From Clostridia bacterium (GTDB lineage Bacteria; Bacillota; Clostridia; Oscillospirales; Acutalibacteraceae), in NCBI GenBank assembly GCA_900766895.1, contig CAAFXF010000065.1, forward strand, positions 1 through 60,741: a stretch of 60,741 bases of DNA, read 5' to 3'. Both the position numbers and the translations under genes were made by a program. The notes under the pieces are model-generated. The model had not been told where the DNA came from, made no database searches, and was given only the letters and a program-made list of their open reading frames with translations. Numbering within the stretch: position 1 is the first letter of the stretch; every line of letters begins with the position of its first letter. Positions 51,914-60,741 of this stretch are shown here, piece after piece.

Positions 51914-53275
51914 TTATTTACCAACACAAAACTTACTGAATATGTTATTAACAACCTCTGTGGTTGCTTTTTTACCTGTTAACGAAAGGAGCTCGTCAAC
52001 GGCAGAGTCTATCATAACGTTAACCGCGTCGTAGGTTATGCCCATTTGTAATGCACCGATTGCCTCGTCAATGCTTTGGCTTGCATTTTGGCAGTTTTGC
52101 CTCTGCCTCAAATTTGCGAGCATGGGTGCCCCGGTGTCAAAATCCTTAACACCTATCAGCTCCTCAACCGCAGACGAAAGCTCTGCAATGCCCTCACCGT
52201 CCCTTGCACAGATGTAAACCGTTTTTGCAAAGGCAGATTCAACCTCGCTGTAATCAAGAGCTTTTTCAAGGTCAACCTTGTTGATGACCGCTATCGCAGG
52301 CTTGTTTTTTACCTTTTCAAGAATTTCTCTGTCCTGCTTTTGCAGAGGCTTTGAGTTGTCAAACACCGCAAGCACAAGCTGTGCATCGTCAAGCGCTCTG
52401 TATGCCTTGTCAATTCCTATGCTTTCAACAACGTCGTCGCTGTCGCGCAGTCCCGCCGTGTCACGAAGATGAAGCACAAGGTTGCCGAGTCGCACGCTTT
52501 CTTCAACAATATCTCTTGTTGTGCCCTCGATATGAGTAACAATGCTTTTGTCCTTGCCGACCAGCATATTCATAAGACTGCTTTTGCCAACGTTGGGCAT
52601 ACCGACAATGGCAGTGTCAACACCGTCAATGATTGCCTGACCGTTGTCGTAATTATCAAGCAAGGTGTCAAGCTCTGCCCTGCATTTCTTTAGTGTGGCA
52701 AGTAGCTCGCTTTCTTCAAGCTCGGGGATTTCCTCGTCAGGATAATCAACCCACGCCGACATAAGCGCCGACATATCCATAAGGCCTTGCAGTACATTGT
52801 TGATTTTTACACTCAACGCACCCTGCAACGCGTTGAACGATGCCCTCATTCCTGCCTCGCCCTGTGCGGAAATAAGGCTTGCCACCGATTCCGCCTGAGT
52901 CAAATCCATTTTTCCGTTAAGGAACGCTCGCTTGGTGAACTCGCCCGGCTCGGCAGGTACTGCACCTGCGTCAAGCACAGCCTCAAGCGTTTTTTGCACA
53001 ACAAGAAGTCCGCCGTGCACGCTGATTTCCACAACGTCCTCGCCGGTGTAGGATTTTGGTGACCTGAACACAAGCGCAACAGCATTATCACTCGGCACAC
53101 CGCCGATAACAACATTGCCGTATTTTGCCCGGTATCCGCCCACATTGCAAAGCGACGTGCCGTCCATAGCCTTAAAAACTCTGTCGGCAACGGTAATTGC
53201 ATTGTCACCGCTTATTCTGATTACACCGATTCCGCCTGCCGCGTTGCCGGTTGCTATTGCGGCAATAGTTGACAT
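51914..53275 (-). CDS. mnmE: tRNA modification GTPase
   Basis: TIAAIAT, GEFTKRAFLNGK, GMPNVGKSS, GTTRD, DTAG, NKVD, FCVGK; start after the AAGAGG RBS. Confidence 0.96.
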   Translation of the reverse strand: MSTIAAIATGNAAGGIGVIRISGDNAITVADRVFKAMDGTSLCNVGGYRAKYGNVVIGGVPSDNAVALVFRSPKSYTGEDVVEISVHGGLLVVQKTLEAVLDAGAVPAEPGEFTKRAFLNGKMDLTQAESVASLISAQGEAGMRASFNALQGALSVKINNVLQGLMDMSALMSAWVDYPDEEIPELEESELLATLKKCRAELDTLLDNYDNGQAIIDGVDTAIVGMPNVGKSSLMNMLVGKDKSIVTHIEGTTRDIVEESVRLGNLVLHLRDTAGLRDSDDVVESIGIDKAYRALDDAQLVLAVFDNSKPLQKQDREILEKVKNKPAIAVINKVDLEKALDYSEVESAFAKTVYICARDGEGIAELSSAVEELIGVKDFDTGAPMLANLRQRQNCQNASQSIDEAIGALQMGITYDAVNVMIDSAVDELLSLTGKKATTEVVNNIFSKFCVGK

Positions 53276-53356
53276 ATCCACACCTCTTTTTATGCAAAAA
53301 GATGCAACATACCTATTATACGGTACTGCTGCATCTTTCACCTGCTTAGTATTAAA

Positions 53357-54283
53357 TTAGTCCTTGTTGACCTCAATCTTGCCGAACTTTGGCAAATCTG
53401 CTCTGTCTGCCTTTGGGGCACGATTTTCGGGAGCCTTTGTAACAGCAGATTGCTTACTGCCGCCGCGACGGTAATTGCTACCGCCTCTCTTTGCTCCGCC
53501 TGTCGGCTCAAGAACAACTCGTCTGTCCTGGTTAAATCCGATAGAACGTGATTCAACACCCTCGATTTCCTGCACGGCTGTATGAATAATTCTTCTTTCA
53601 TACGGATTCATAGGCTCAAAGGTGTATCTTCTGCCTGTGCGAAGAACTCTCTGTGCGTTCTTCTGTGCAAGATTTCTTAAGGTTTCCTGTCTTTTTTCTC
53701 TGTAATTACCAACGTTGATAACTACTCTGACGTAATCCATAGAGCTCTTCTTAATGATAAGAGAAAGCAAATACTGAATACTGTCAAGTGTTTCGCCTCT
53801 GTGACCGATTACAATACCGTAATCCTCACAGTCAAGGTCGATTGTTACAACACCCTCTGAATAGGTTGCCTCAATCTTTGGGTCAACAATCTTCATTCCG
53901 TCAAGAATAGTCTTAAAATAGCTCTTTGCATATTCAAGGTCTACGCTTTCGGGATAATCCTTCTTTGGTTGCTCTGCCTGTGGGGCATCAGCCTTTGCAG
54001 GAGCCTCCTGCTTTTTTGGTGCGGACTGCTTTTTTGGAGCTGTCTGCTTCTTTTGTGCCGGCTTTTGAGTAGGCTTCTTTTCCTTTACAGGCGCAGGCTT
54101 TGTGCCGTCATCGTATGAAGCCTTAATCTCGTAGTCCTTTCTGCCAAACCCGAGAAAGCCCTTACTGCCGTTTTGAACAACCTCTGTTTTAACATCCGCA
54201 TCAACAGGTGCGTTAAGCAGAGCCTTTGCGGCAGCCATAGCTTCTTCAAGGGTTTTGCCGGTACCGATTCTTTCAATAATCAT
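53357..54283 (-). CDS. jag: RNA-binding protein Jag/EloR (KH + R3H)
   Basis: GKTLEEA, GFLGFG, IGHRGETLDSIQYL, MNPYERRIIH. Confidence 0.92.
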   Translation of the reverse strand: MIIERIGTGKTLEEAMAAAKALLNAPVDADVKTEVVQNGSKGFLGFGRKDYEIKASYDDGTKPAPVKEKKPTQKPAQKKQTAPKKQSAPKKQEAPAKADAPQAEQPKKDYPESVDLEYAKSYFKTILDGMKIVDPKIEATYSEGVVTIDLDCEDYGIVIGHRGETLDSIQYLLSLIIKKSSMDYVRVVINVGNYREKRQETLRNLAQKNAQRVLRTGRRYTFEPMNPYERRIIHTAVQEIEGVESRSIGFNQDRRVVLEPTGGAKRGGSNYRRGGSKQSAVTKAPENRAPKADRADLPKFGKIEVNKD

Positions 54284-54298
54284 ATATGAATCTCCGAT

Positions 54299-55294
54299 TT
54301 ATTTTATGTTTTTAATGCTTTCCTCTCTTGACCTACGCTCAATGGTAGCCTCAATCATTTGGCGTGCCACATTGCGCTTTGGCGGGAAGAATTTTGCCAT
54401 AACAAGCTGTTGAACAGTTGCCACAACGTTAGAGATAATCCAATAAAAGCCTACTGCCGCCGATACCTTAAATGAAATGTAGAACGAGAAGAAAGGCATC
54501 ATCAGCATCATAATCATCATTTGCTGGCCCTGTGCAGCTGCTGCAGGGTTCTGCTTCTTTTGGATTTTCTGTGACAACAATGTCGACGCAAACGAGGTTG
54601 CCAAGCAAAGAAGCGGAATAATTATTACAGGATTTTTCCAATCCTTAAAGCTTGGGATTTGAGTCATATCCAAACCGAACAGATACATATTTGACTTGTA
54701 ATCCGCAATGGCATTGAGCTTTGCCTCGGTGAACAATTCGGGGAATTTTGCACCGAGAGTTTCTCTGTACAAATCAAAATTTTGAAGAATCTCAATTTGG
54801 AAATACTGTCCCTTAAGCTCGTGCACCTTGTTAAGAGCCTCGTAAATTTCCTCGGTATGCGAGCTGATGTCTACGCCTATAATGTACTGAATAGGGTAGT
54901 AGATGATACCGATAATACCCATAAGGAATACCATCTGGAAAATCATCGGTCCACAGCCCATATTCATAGGGTTGTGTCCCTCACGGTTGTACAGCTCCTG
55001 CATTTCCTCCTGCTGCTTCTGACGATCTCTCGGGTCGTTTAAGTTAGCATATTTCTTTTGGATTTTTTGAATTTTCGGCTGAAGACGCGAGGTCTTTGCC
55101 ATAGTCTTTTGCTGCTTGAGGTTTAGTGGGAACAATACCAAACGGGTAAGAACGGTAAACACAACGAGAGCAATAAAGTATTTGTCGTTAAATACGTAAA
55201 GCAAGCCCTCCATGCATCTGCCAAACAGCCAATAAAGAGGCTTGAATACGCCCATTCCGTTTGATACAGCAGCCATAGTAATGTTTGTTATCAC
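54299..55294 (-). CDS. yidC: membrane protein insertase YidC/SpoIIIJ
   Basis: LFPL..KQQK, LQPKIQKIQKKY, GFYWIISN; synteny. Confidence 0.9.
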   Translation of the reverse strand: MITNITMAAVSNGMGVFKPLYWLFGRCMEGLLYVFNDKYFIALVVFTVLTRLVLFPLNLKQQKTMAKTSRLQPKIQKIQKKYANLNDPRDRQKQQEEMQELYNREGHNPMNMGCGPMIFQMVFLMGIIGIIYYPIQYIIGVDISSHTEEIYEALNKVHELKGQYFQIEILQNFDLYRETLGAKFPELFTEAKLNAIADYKSNMYLFGLDMTQIPSFKDWKNPVIIIPLLCLATSFASTLLSQKIQKKQNPAAAAQGQQMMIMMLMMPFFSFYISFKVSAAVGFYWIISNVVATVQQLVMAKFFPPKRNVARQMIEATIERRSREESIKNIK

Positions 55295-55557
55295 TTATTT
55301 TTTTCCTTTTGTTTTGTTTTCTTTAGCGGAACGGGATCGTACCCACCCTTAAAAAACGGATTGCATCGCATTATTCTGCGTATTGCAAGCAGACTGCCCT
55401 TAACAACGCCGTGCACCTGAAGTGCCTCGATTGCATACTGCGAGCAGGTCGGCGTGTATCTGCATGCCCCGTTCGAAAAACGGGGTGATAAGGTAAGCTG
55501 ATATGTTTTTATCAAAAAGATCATTGCTTTTTTGATGATTGAAGATATTTTATTCAT
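55291..55557 (-). CDS. yidD: membrane protein insertion efficiency factor
   Basis: CRYTPTCSQYA, RRIMRCNPF..GGYDPVP. Confidence 0.95.
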   Translation of the reverse strand: MNKISSIIKKAMIFLIKTYQLTLSPRFSNGACRYTPTCSQYAIEALQVHGVVKGSLLAIRRIMRCNPFFKGGYDPVPLKKTKQKEKNK

Positions 55558-55885
55558 CTATTGCACCCAACGCCTGCATATGCTCAAGCATAGCCTTTTC
55601 CACAGCCTGCGATTTGACAGTGGTTGTCCTTGTTCTTGCAACAAAAACAAAATCCCACGTGCCGTTAATTTTCGGCTCAAGGCTTCTGTACGCCGCACGG
55701 ATAACCCGCCTTGCACGGTTTCGCTCAACCGCACCGCCGATTTTTTTGCTTGTGGTGATACCATAAAAGCAACTGCCTCTGCGATTTTTCATAGCATAGG
55801 TAACAAGCACAGGCGAAGCCTCGCTTTTGCCTCTGTAATACAATCTGCGAAAATCCTTGTTTTCCTTTAAGGTTTGACCTTTCAC
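55550..55885 (-). CDS. rnpA: ribonuclease P protein component
   Basis: LKENKDFRRLY.RGK, SKKIGGAVERNRARR. Confidence 0.95.
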   Translation of the reverse strand: MKGQTLKENKDFRRLYYRGKSEASPVLVTYAMKNRRGSCFYGITTSKKIGGAVERNRARRVIRAAYRSLEPKINGTWDFVFVARTRTTTVKSQAVEKAMLEHMQALGAIDE

Positions 55886-55919
55886 AAAACCGTTCCTTTA
55901 CCTTGCAAAAATGCTTTGA

Positions 55920-56054
55920 TTAGTAAGAAAGTGACTTTCTGCCCTTTGCGCGTCTGCGAGCAAGTACCTTTCTGCCGTTCTTTGTTGACATTCTCTTTCT
56001 AAAGCCGTGTACCTTCTGTGCATGTCTCTTCTTTGGTTGAAATGTTCTCTTCAT
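55920..56054 (-). CDS. rpmH: 50S ribosomal protein L34 (44 aa; absent from the ORF track)
   Basis: Manual translation [44 protein letters not shown]. Confidence 0.97.
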   Translation of the reverse strand: MKRTFQPKKRHAQKVHGFRKRMSTKNGRKVLARRRAKGRKSLSY

Positions 56055-56256
56055 TCTTTTTTCACTACCTTTCGTAAAGACTAAACTTGTCTTAATCTTT
56101 TATAATCTCTGTGCGGTATAGCACAGGCAAATTGCCGTTTTTAATATGTGGCAAAACTACCACACATACTATTAGCCTTGATATTATATTATAAATGATG
56201 TCAATTTGTCAACAAAAACTTGTATTTATTCTAAATATATTATATAATAGCACTAT

Positions 56257-57159
56257 ATGTTGGGGGTGACCAAGGTGCATACAACTAAAAAGGCTAATCT
56301 GCGTGCAAAAAAGTTTACCGATATATTGCTTACTCTTGCTCTTTTTTTCACCTCCTGCTGCTTTGTTGATATGGCAAACCACGGTGTTTTCTTTATAGAT
56401 TTTGATTACCGAGTACTCAAGCTTTTGCTTGCGATTGTTATACCTGCTGTTGCCGTTACGGTGCATTATCTGTGCAACCGCTCACTGCTCGATATTGCCG
56501 ACCGCACCGCAGTCGTTATGGTAATATACGGCGTACTGCTTTTGTTAGACTCTGCAACACTGCGTCTTATGTGGGATATAGAAAAGGGAACAACCATTTA
56601 CCACATAGTATATGGGCTTGAAACCTTTTTTACCGTACTGCTTATGATTACACTTATTGCAAACATAAATCAACGCAGGCACATTATGAACAATCACTAT
56701 GGCGAGTCGCTTAAAGCGTTTTTTACAGGCTTTTGCTTTCTTTTTGCAGTTGACTTTTTTTACATATACATCTTCCTGCGAAAGTACGATGTTTCCTGGT
56801 GCAAGCCGTTAAACCTTGTTCCGTTTGAGGGAGAGCTTAAGGCATATTTAACCACTCATGATGCTTCGCTTTTGCTCAGGGATGCAGGCAATGTTTTCTT
56901 CTTTACGGCAATGAGCTGGATGATTATGGAGCTTTGTAAAAAAAGAAGGTACCTTTTGGGAGTTGTAATTCCCATTTTAACAAGCGTGCTTATGGAGGTA
57001 TATCAGTACCTTTTCCACTGCGGAGATGCAGATATTGACGATGTTTTGCTAAACACCTTCGGCGTTGTGCTGGGTGTGTTAATTTACAGGCTGATAATAG
57101 AAAAAATTAAGGAGAACGAATTATGTTGGGAATCATTGGAGCAATGGATGTGGAAATAG
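56257..57159 (+). CDS. VanZ family membrane protein
   Basis: NLVPF, GNVFFF, EVYQY...G.ADIDDVLLNTFG; start codon uncertain. Confidence 0.8.
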   Translation: MLGVTKVHTTKKANLRAKKFTDILLTLALFFTSCCFVDMANHGVFFIDFDYRVLKLLLAIVIPAVAVTVHYLCNRSLLDIADRTAVVMVIYGVLLLLDSATLRLMWDIEKGTTIYHIVYGLETFFTVLLMITLIANINQRRHIMNNHYGESLKAFFTGFCFLFAVDFFYIYIFLRKYDVSWCKPLNLVPFEGELKAYLTTHDASLLLRDAGNVFFFTAMSWMIMELCKKRRYLLGVVIPILTSVLMEVYQYLFHCGDADIDDVLLNTFGVVLGVLIYRLIIEKIKENELCWESLEQWMWK

Positions 57160-57827
57160 CAGGCATAAAGGCAAGAGTTGCCGATGCCGTAGAAACGGAA
57201 ATTGCAGGAATAACCTTTACCTGCGGTACCATAGAAAATGTTATGGTTGTTGTTGCGCAGTGCTCACCGGGCAAGGTAAACGCGGCTGTCTGCACGCAGA
57301 TTATGATTGACCGCTTTAAGCCGGAGGCAATAATAAATGTAGGCGTTGGCTGTTCGCTCACACCGGAGGTTGTTATAAAAAATGTTGTTATAGCTTCTGA
57401 TGTTTGCGAATACGACATCGACATCACTGCCCTCGGCGAGCCACGCGGCTTTATCAACGGGCTCAATGTAATCAAGGTGCCTACCGACAGCAAAATATCC
57501 GAGGCGCTGTCGCAGTGCGCAATCACCTGCGGCGAAAGAATACATCGCGGTACGGTTGCCTCGGGCGACACCTTCATTGCAAGCAACGAGCTTAAGCAGA
57601 TGTTAAAGGATGAGTTCGGTGCAATCTGCGGCGAAATGGAGGGCGGTGCCATCGGTCACACCTGTATGGCAAACAATGTTCCGTTTGCCGTGCTTCGCTC
57701 CATCAGCGACGGTGGCGACAGCAGTGCACAAATCGACTATCCAACCTTTAAGATGATTGCGGCAAAAATCAGCACATCCATTATTCTTGAATATATAAAA
57801 ACACTTAAAACCCAGCTTGAGCTGTAA
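57123..57827 (+). CDS. mtnN: 5'-methylthioadenosine/S-adenosylhomocysteine nucleosidase
   Basis: GIIGAM..E, GKVNAA, SGDTF, EMEGGAIG, RSISD. Confidence 0.92.
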   Translation: MLGIIGAMDVEIAGIKARVADAVETEIAGITFTCGTIENVMVVVAQCSPGKVNAAVCTQIMIDRFKPEAIINVGVGCSLTPEVVIKNVVIASDVCEYDIDITALGEPRGFINGLNVIKVPTDSKISEALSQCAITCGERIHRGTVASGDTFIASNELKQMLKDEFGAICGEMEGGAIGHTCMANNVPFAVLRSISDGGDSSAQIDYPTFKMIAAKISTSIILEYIKTLKTQLEL

Positions 57828-57832
57828 AAACT

Positions 57833-57856
57833 AAAAGGACAGGCAAGCCTGTCCTT
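57833..57856. terminator. terminator between convergent genes
   Basis: AAGGACAGGC-aa-GCCTGTCCTT. Confidence 0.7.
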
Positions 57857-57867
57857 GTGAATATTCA

Positions 57868-58491
57868 TTATTCAATTACAAAGTTTGACAAAATATAATC
57901 CTCTGCCGCATTTATAAGAGTCTTTAGCGGAGCAAACTGATTATCGTCAAGCCCTGTGCGCGACCTGTCCTCAATGAGAACAAATTTTGCGTCCTGCATA
58001 GCGATAGCGGCAGATGCCAAATCTCTTGCAATGGAGTAGTCTATTCTGAAAAGCTCCTTTGGCAAATCTCCTGCCTTGGCAAGAGTGAGCGCACCGCGGT
58101 AAACGCAAAGCATAAAGTAATCGTATATGTACTTGTTTTGAATACCGTTTGAGCCGGCAGTTGCAACATCAAGCAAATACTTTGTTGCAAGCGACATTGT
58201 TTTTACGGATATTCCGCCCTCGTTGTCATCAAAAGCAGACAACACCCCGTCGTTCAGACCGTTCCTGCTTTCGCTTACGCCAAGCAGATAATCTGTGGTC
58301 ACTCCGTAATATTTACTGCATTTTATCACAAAATCAAGCCCACATTCTCTAATGCCCTTTTCGTAATGAGAAAGCAATGCCTGCGAAATGCCCAAATCGG
58401 TTGCGGCTTTCTTTTGGCTTATGCCTCTTTCCTTTCTCATTTTAGAGAGCATTTGTGAAAATTTGGACAGCTTTTCTGTCTCGTTTTTCAT
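57868..58491 (-). CDS. XRE-family HTH transcriptional regulator
   Basis: RKERGISQKKAATDLGISQALLSHYEKGIRECG...YYGVTTDYLLG. Confidence 0.88.
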   Translation of the reverse strand: MKNETEKLSKFSQMLSKMRKERGISQKKAATDLGISQALLSHYEKGIRECGLDFVIKCSKYYGVTTDYLLGVSESRNGLNDGVLSAFDDNEGGISVKTMSLATKYLLDVATAGSNGIQNKYIYDYFMLCVYRGALTLAKAGDLPKELFRIDYSIARDLASAAIAMQDAKFVLIEDRSRTGLDDNQFAPLKTLINAAEDYILSNFVIE

Positions 58492-58669
58492 AAATTCTCC
58501 TTTGATGCTTACCGGTAAATTTTTTCGTTGTTTCTCTTAACATCACTATACTATTTGTAATTCAAGATAATATTATCATTAATTATACGGTTTGTAAATA
58601 TACAAATTATTTTTGTTGTAATTTTGTAATAATTCTGTAAAATTTAGTCTTTTAGGAGGTTGATTGCAT

Positions 58670-59299
58670 ATGAAATCATACACAGTGTATTTATTTAGGC
58701 ACGGACTGACCAAAGGAAATCTTAACGCACAGTATATAGGGCATACCGATTATCCTTTGTCCACATTTGGTATAGAACAGCTAAAATCAATCAACAAAGA
58801 GCACCCGTATCCGCAGGTGGATACCGTCTTTGTTTCACCGCTCAAAAGGGCAATGGAGTCGGCCGACATTATGTTCCCAAAAAATAACAAAATTGTAATA
58901 GATAACCTTATCGAATACAATTTCGGTGAATTTGAGGAGTGCACTGCCGAGGACCTGAAGGATAACGAGGATTTCAAAAATTGGCTTCACGGCGATATGA
59001 ATTCACGCCCGCCCTACGGCGAAAGCAATGCAGAATTTGTACAGCGCGTGTGCAAGGCTTTTGAGCAAATTGTGCAAGGCTGTATCGGTACGGGCACTCA
59101 AACCATTGCCATTGTGGCGCACGCAGGAGTGCTTATGACAATTCTATCCTGCTACGGCTTGCCGGAGGCACCGATGGCTCACTGGCAAATGGATGCAGGC
59201 TACGGCTTCAAGCTACGCATAACTCCGTCCGTTTGGATGCAGGGCAATAAGGTTGAGGTAATCGACACCGCCCCGCAGTCAATGCAGGATATGGAATAG
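58670..59299 (+). CDS. histidine phosphatase family protein (CobC/GpmB-like)
   Basis: RHG motif, SPLKRA, EYNFGEFE, HAG. Confidence 0.88.
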   Translation: MKSYTVYLFRHGLTKGNLNAQYIGHTDYPLSTFGIEQLKSINKEHPYPQVDTVFVSPLKRAMESADIMFPKNNKIVIDNLIEYNFGEFEECTAEDLKDNEDFKNWLHGDMNSRPPYGESNAEFVQRVCKAFEQIVQGCIGTGTQTIAIVAHAGVLMTILSCYGLPEAPMAHWQMDAGYGFKLRITPSVWMQGNKVEVIDTAPQSMQDME

Positions 59300-59306
59300 G
59301 TTTTGG

Positions 59307-59419
59307 TTTATCCCCTCAGTCACCTATGGTGACAGCTCCCCTTACCATAAGGGGAGCCTTTTTGCCTCCCCTTGTTTTTATCAAGGGGAGGTGGGTGCGT
59401 AGCACTCGGAGGGGATAAA
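59307..59419. repeat. bipartite REPIN/MITE-like element, full copy (A-B)
   Basis: Same terminal IR and hairpins; B-loop expanded (tttttat). Confidence 0.9.
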
Positions 59420-59423
59420 AATT

Positions 59424-59459
59424 AAAGAGGTTTAGACTTTTATTGTCTAAACCTCTTTT
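59424..59459. terminator. bidirectional terminator
   Basis: AAAGAGGTTTAGAC...GTCTAAACCTCTTT. Confidence 0.8.
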
Positions 59460-59461
59460 CA

Positions 59462-60739
59462 TTATACCTGTTGTGTATTGATTATATTCACTTGGTCGGT
59501 GGTGATTGTAACCAGATTTCCGTCTGCGTCAAGATAACTTAAATATCCTATCGCCACGTAGTTCATTGCACCCGTAAGGTTGCTCATATGCACAACATAC
59601 AAGCCCGATTGAGTTACGGTGTTAAATGTTGATACCATCGACTTATTGTTAAGCTCAAGCGGATATTCAACCGGATTAAAGGTGCTTGCCGCGCCATGCT
59701 TAAACGCAACGCCTGCGCCCTTAACCGTGCATCCGCTCGGCAGACCGACGCCGAGTATGAACGAGCCTGTTGTGCTTGCCTGATTGTATATGTAGTTAAG
59801 CTCAATAGCCGGTGCGGTATCGGAAGGTGTAGGTGCATCGGGATATACGCTGTCTATCGCATCGTACTGCGGATAAACGTTAACACGTCCCGCAAATCCA
59901 AAGCGAAGCTCGTTCAATGCTGCATTTTGGTCAAGCGCCCACCTGCCGTTTGTGTAACCAAGCTTTGCCGGAACAGGCGGAATGTACGGTGTCAAATCCG
60001 TAATGTTTGCCCATTCGGCAGCGCTCAAATTAATTCTTGCCTGCTCCTGCTCCGAATCGTTATAGAATGTGAGCGTTGCAGAATCAAGGATAATAAACCT
60101 TGCTTCAAGGTCTGTATTTGCCGTAATTACAACCGTGCAGGTTTTCTGGCTTGAAATAACACGCCTTGAATTTTTGTCAAACCATCCGTCAAAGTAGTAG
60201 CCTGAATTTGGGGTGGCGGTAAGTGTTACCGTTGTGCCATGGAGCAGGTGTCCGTCCCTGCCGGTTGTGTCGTTGTGACTTACCGTATATGTGCCGTTAT
60301 TTGCCTCCACGTCAAAGGTGAAGTACGGCACAAGCTGATTCATTTTTGTAAGTATTTCGGTAACGGCCTTGTCAATGGAGGTTTGCGGAAGCTCGCCCTG
60401 CTGAATGTTGGCATACTTTCTGCATGCCTCCTTTAAGGCATCAAGGCTTTCGCCCGAATAATCGTCGCTATTGTAGGCAATCGCCTTGTTAAGCGCAGCC
60501 GTAAGTGCGCTCATATCGGAGCCGTAGCCTGTTTTGTCGTAAGTCTCGTAATATCCGCAGTTGCAGTAATGCTTTGTGTAGCCCTGCTCGTTAGGAGTGC
60601 CCGCAACCACTGTATCCTTAAAGGTGTGGGCAATGGCTGTGTATTTAGCCTTGTAAACATAGTTGTCTATCGACAGGCCTGTTGCATTTGTCCACGAATC
60701 GAAGAAATAGTGATTTTCGCTGTCGGGTGCACGCTCCGG
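59462..60739 (-). CDS. large surface/secreted protein (5'-partial) with FIVAR-like and InlB B-repeat-like modules
   Basis: Frame is open to the window end; GYTKHYCNCG repeat, ALTAAL...DYSGES..AL helical module, TVTLTATPNSGYYFDGW. Confidence 0.7.
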   Translation of the reverse strand, partial: PERAPDSENHYFFDSWTNATGLSIDNYVYKAKYTAIAHTFKDTVVAGTPNEQGYTKHYCNCGYYETYDKTGYGSDMSALTAALNKAIAYNSDDYSGESLDALKEACRKYANIQQGELPQTSIDKAVTEILTKMNQLVPYFTFDVEANNGTYTVSHNDTTGRDGHLLHGTTVTLTATPNSGYYFDGWFDKNSRRVISSQKTCTVVITANTDLEARFIILDSATLTFYNDSEQEQARINLSAAEWANITDLTPYIPPVPAKLGYTNGRWALDQNAALNELRFGFAGRVNVYPQYDAIDSVYPDAPTPSDTAPAIELNYIYNQASTTGSFILGVGLPSGCTVKGAGVAFKHGAASTFNPVEYPLELNNKSMVSTFNTVTQSGLYVVHMSNLTGAMNYVAIGYLSYLDADGNLVTITTDQVNIINTQQV

Positions 60740-60741
60740 GA

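Noticed and set aside
53990..54090. Short repeats inside jag
   Set aside because: Encode a low-complexity APKKQ linker typical of Jag/EloR
23031..59419. Repeats as a CRISPR array
   Set aside because: Copies are dispersed over kilobases in both orientations, with no spacer periodicity and no cas genes

Overview
Low-GC Firmicute chromosome, most likely a gut Clostridia/Oscillospirales-type organism (inferred from gene content and protein style). The window is origin-proximal: rpmH-rnpA-yidD-yidC-jag-mnmE-mnmG-rsmG-noc-parA-[inserted membrane gene]-parB-serS-tRNA-Gly lie on the minus strand with two parS sites, but dnaA is absent from its usual position divergent from rpmH. It also carries hrcA-grpE-dnaK-dnaJ with CIRCE, DUF134-pflB-proX-pflA, galT-PHP-GH27, one IS3-family element, rpsF-ssb-rpsR with an S6:S18-type leader, an amino-acid ABC transporter, an FMN riboswitch with ribU, sleB-ldh-trxA and a purine salvage/nucleoside ABC cluster. 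Most notable: (1) a dispersed family of ~110-bp bipartite palindromic REPIN/MITE-like elements with compensatory base changes, found at 3' ends of transcription units; (2) the IS3 element sits in, and appears to have truncated, one of these elements; (3) an orphan phage-type lysis cassette with no prophage around it; (4) a 432-aa membrane gene between parA and parB; (5) a DnaA-box cluster at ~30.1 kb; (6) an in-frame stop in the 8-oxoguanine glycosylase gene; (7) a candidate sRNA with an anti-SD loop downstream of ribU. No CRISPR array or rRNA was seen. All calls were made by eye, without database searches.
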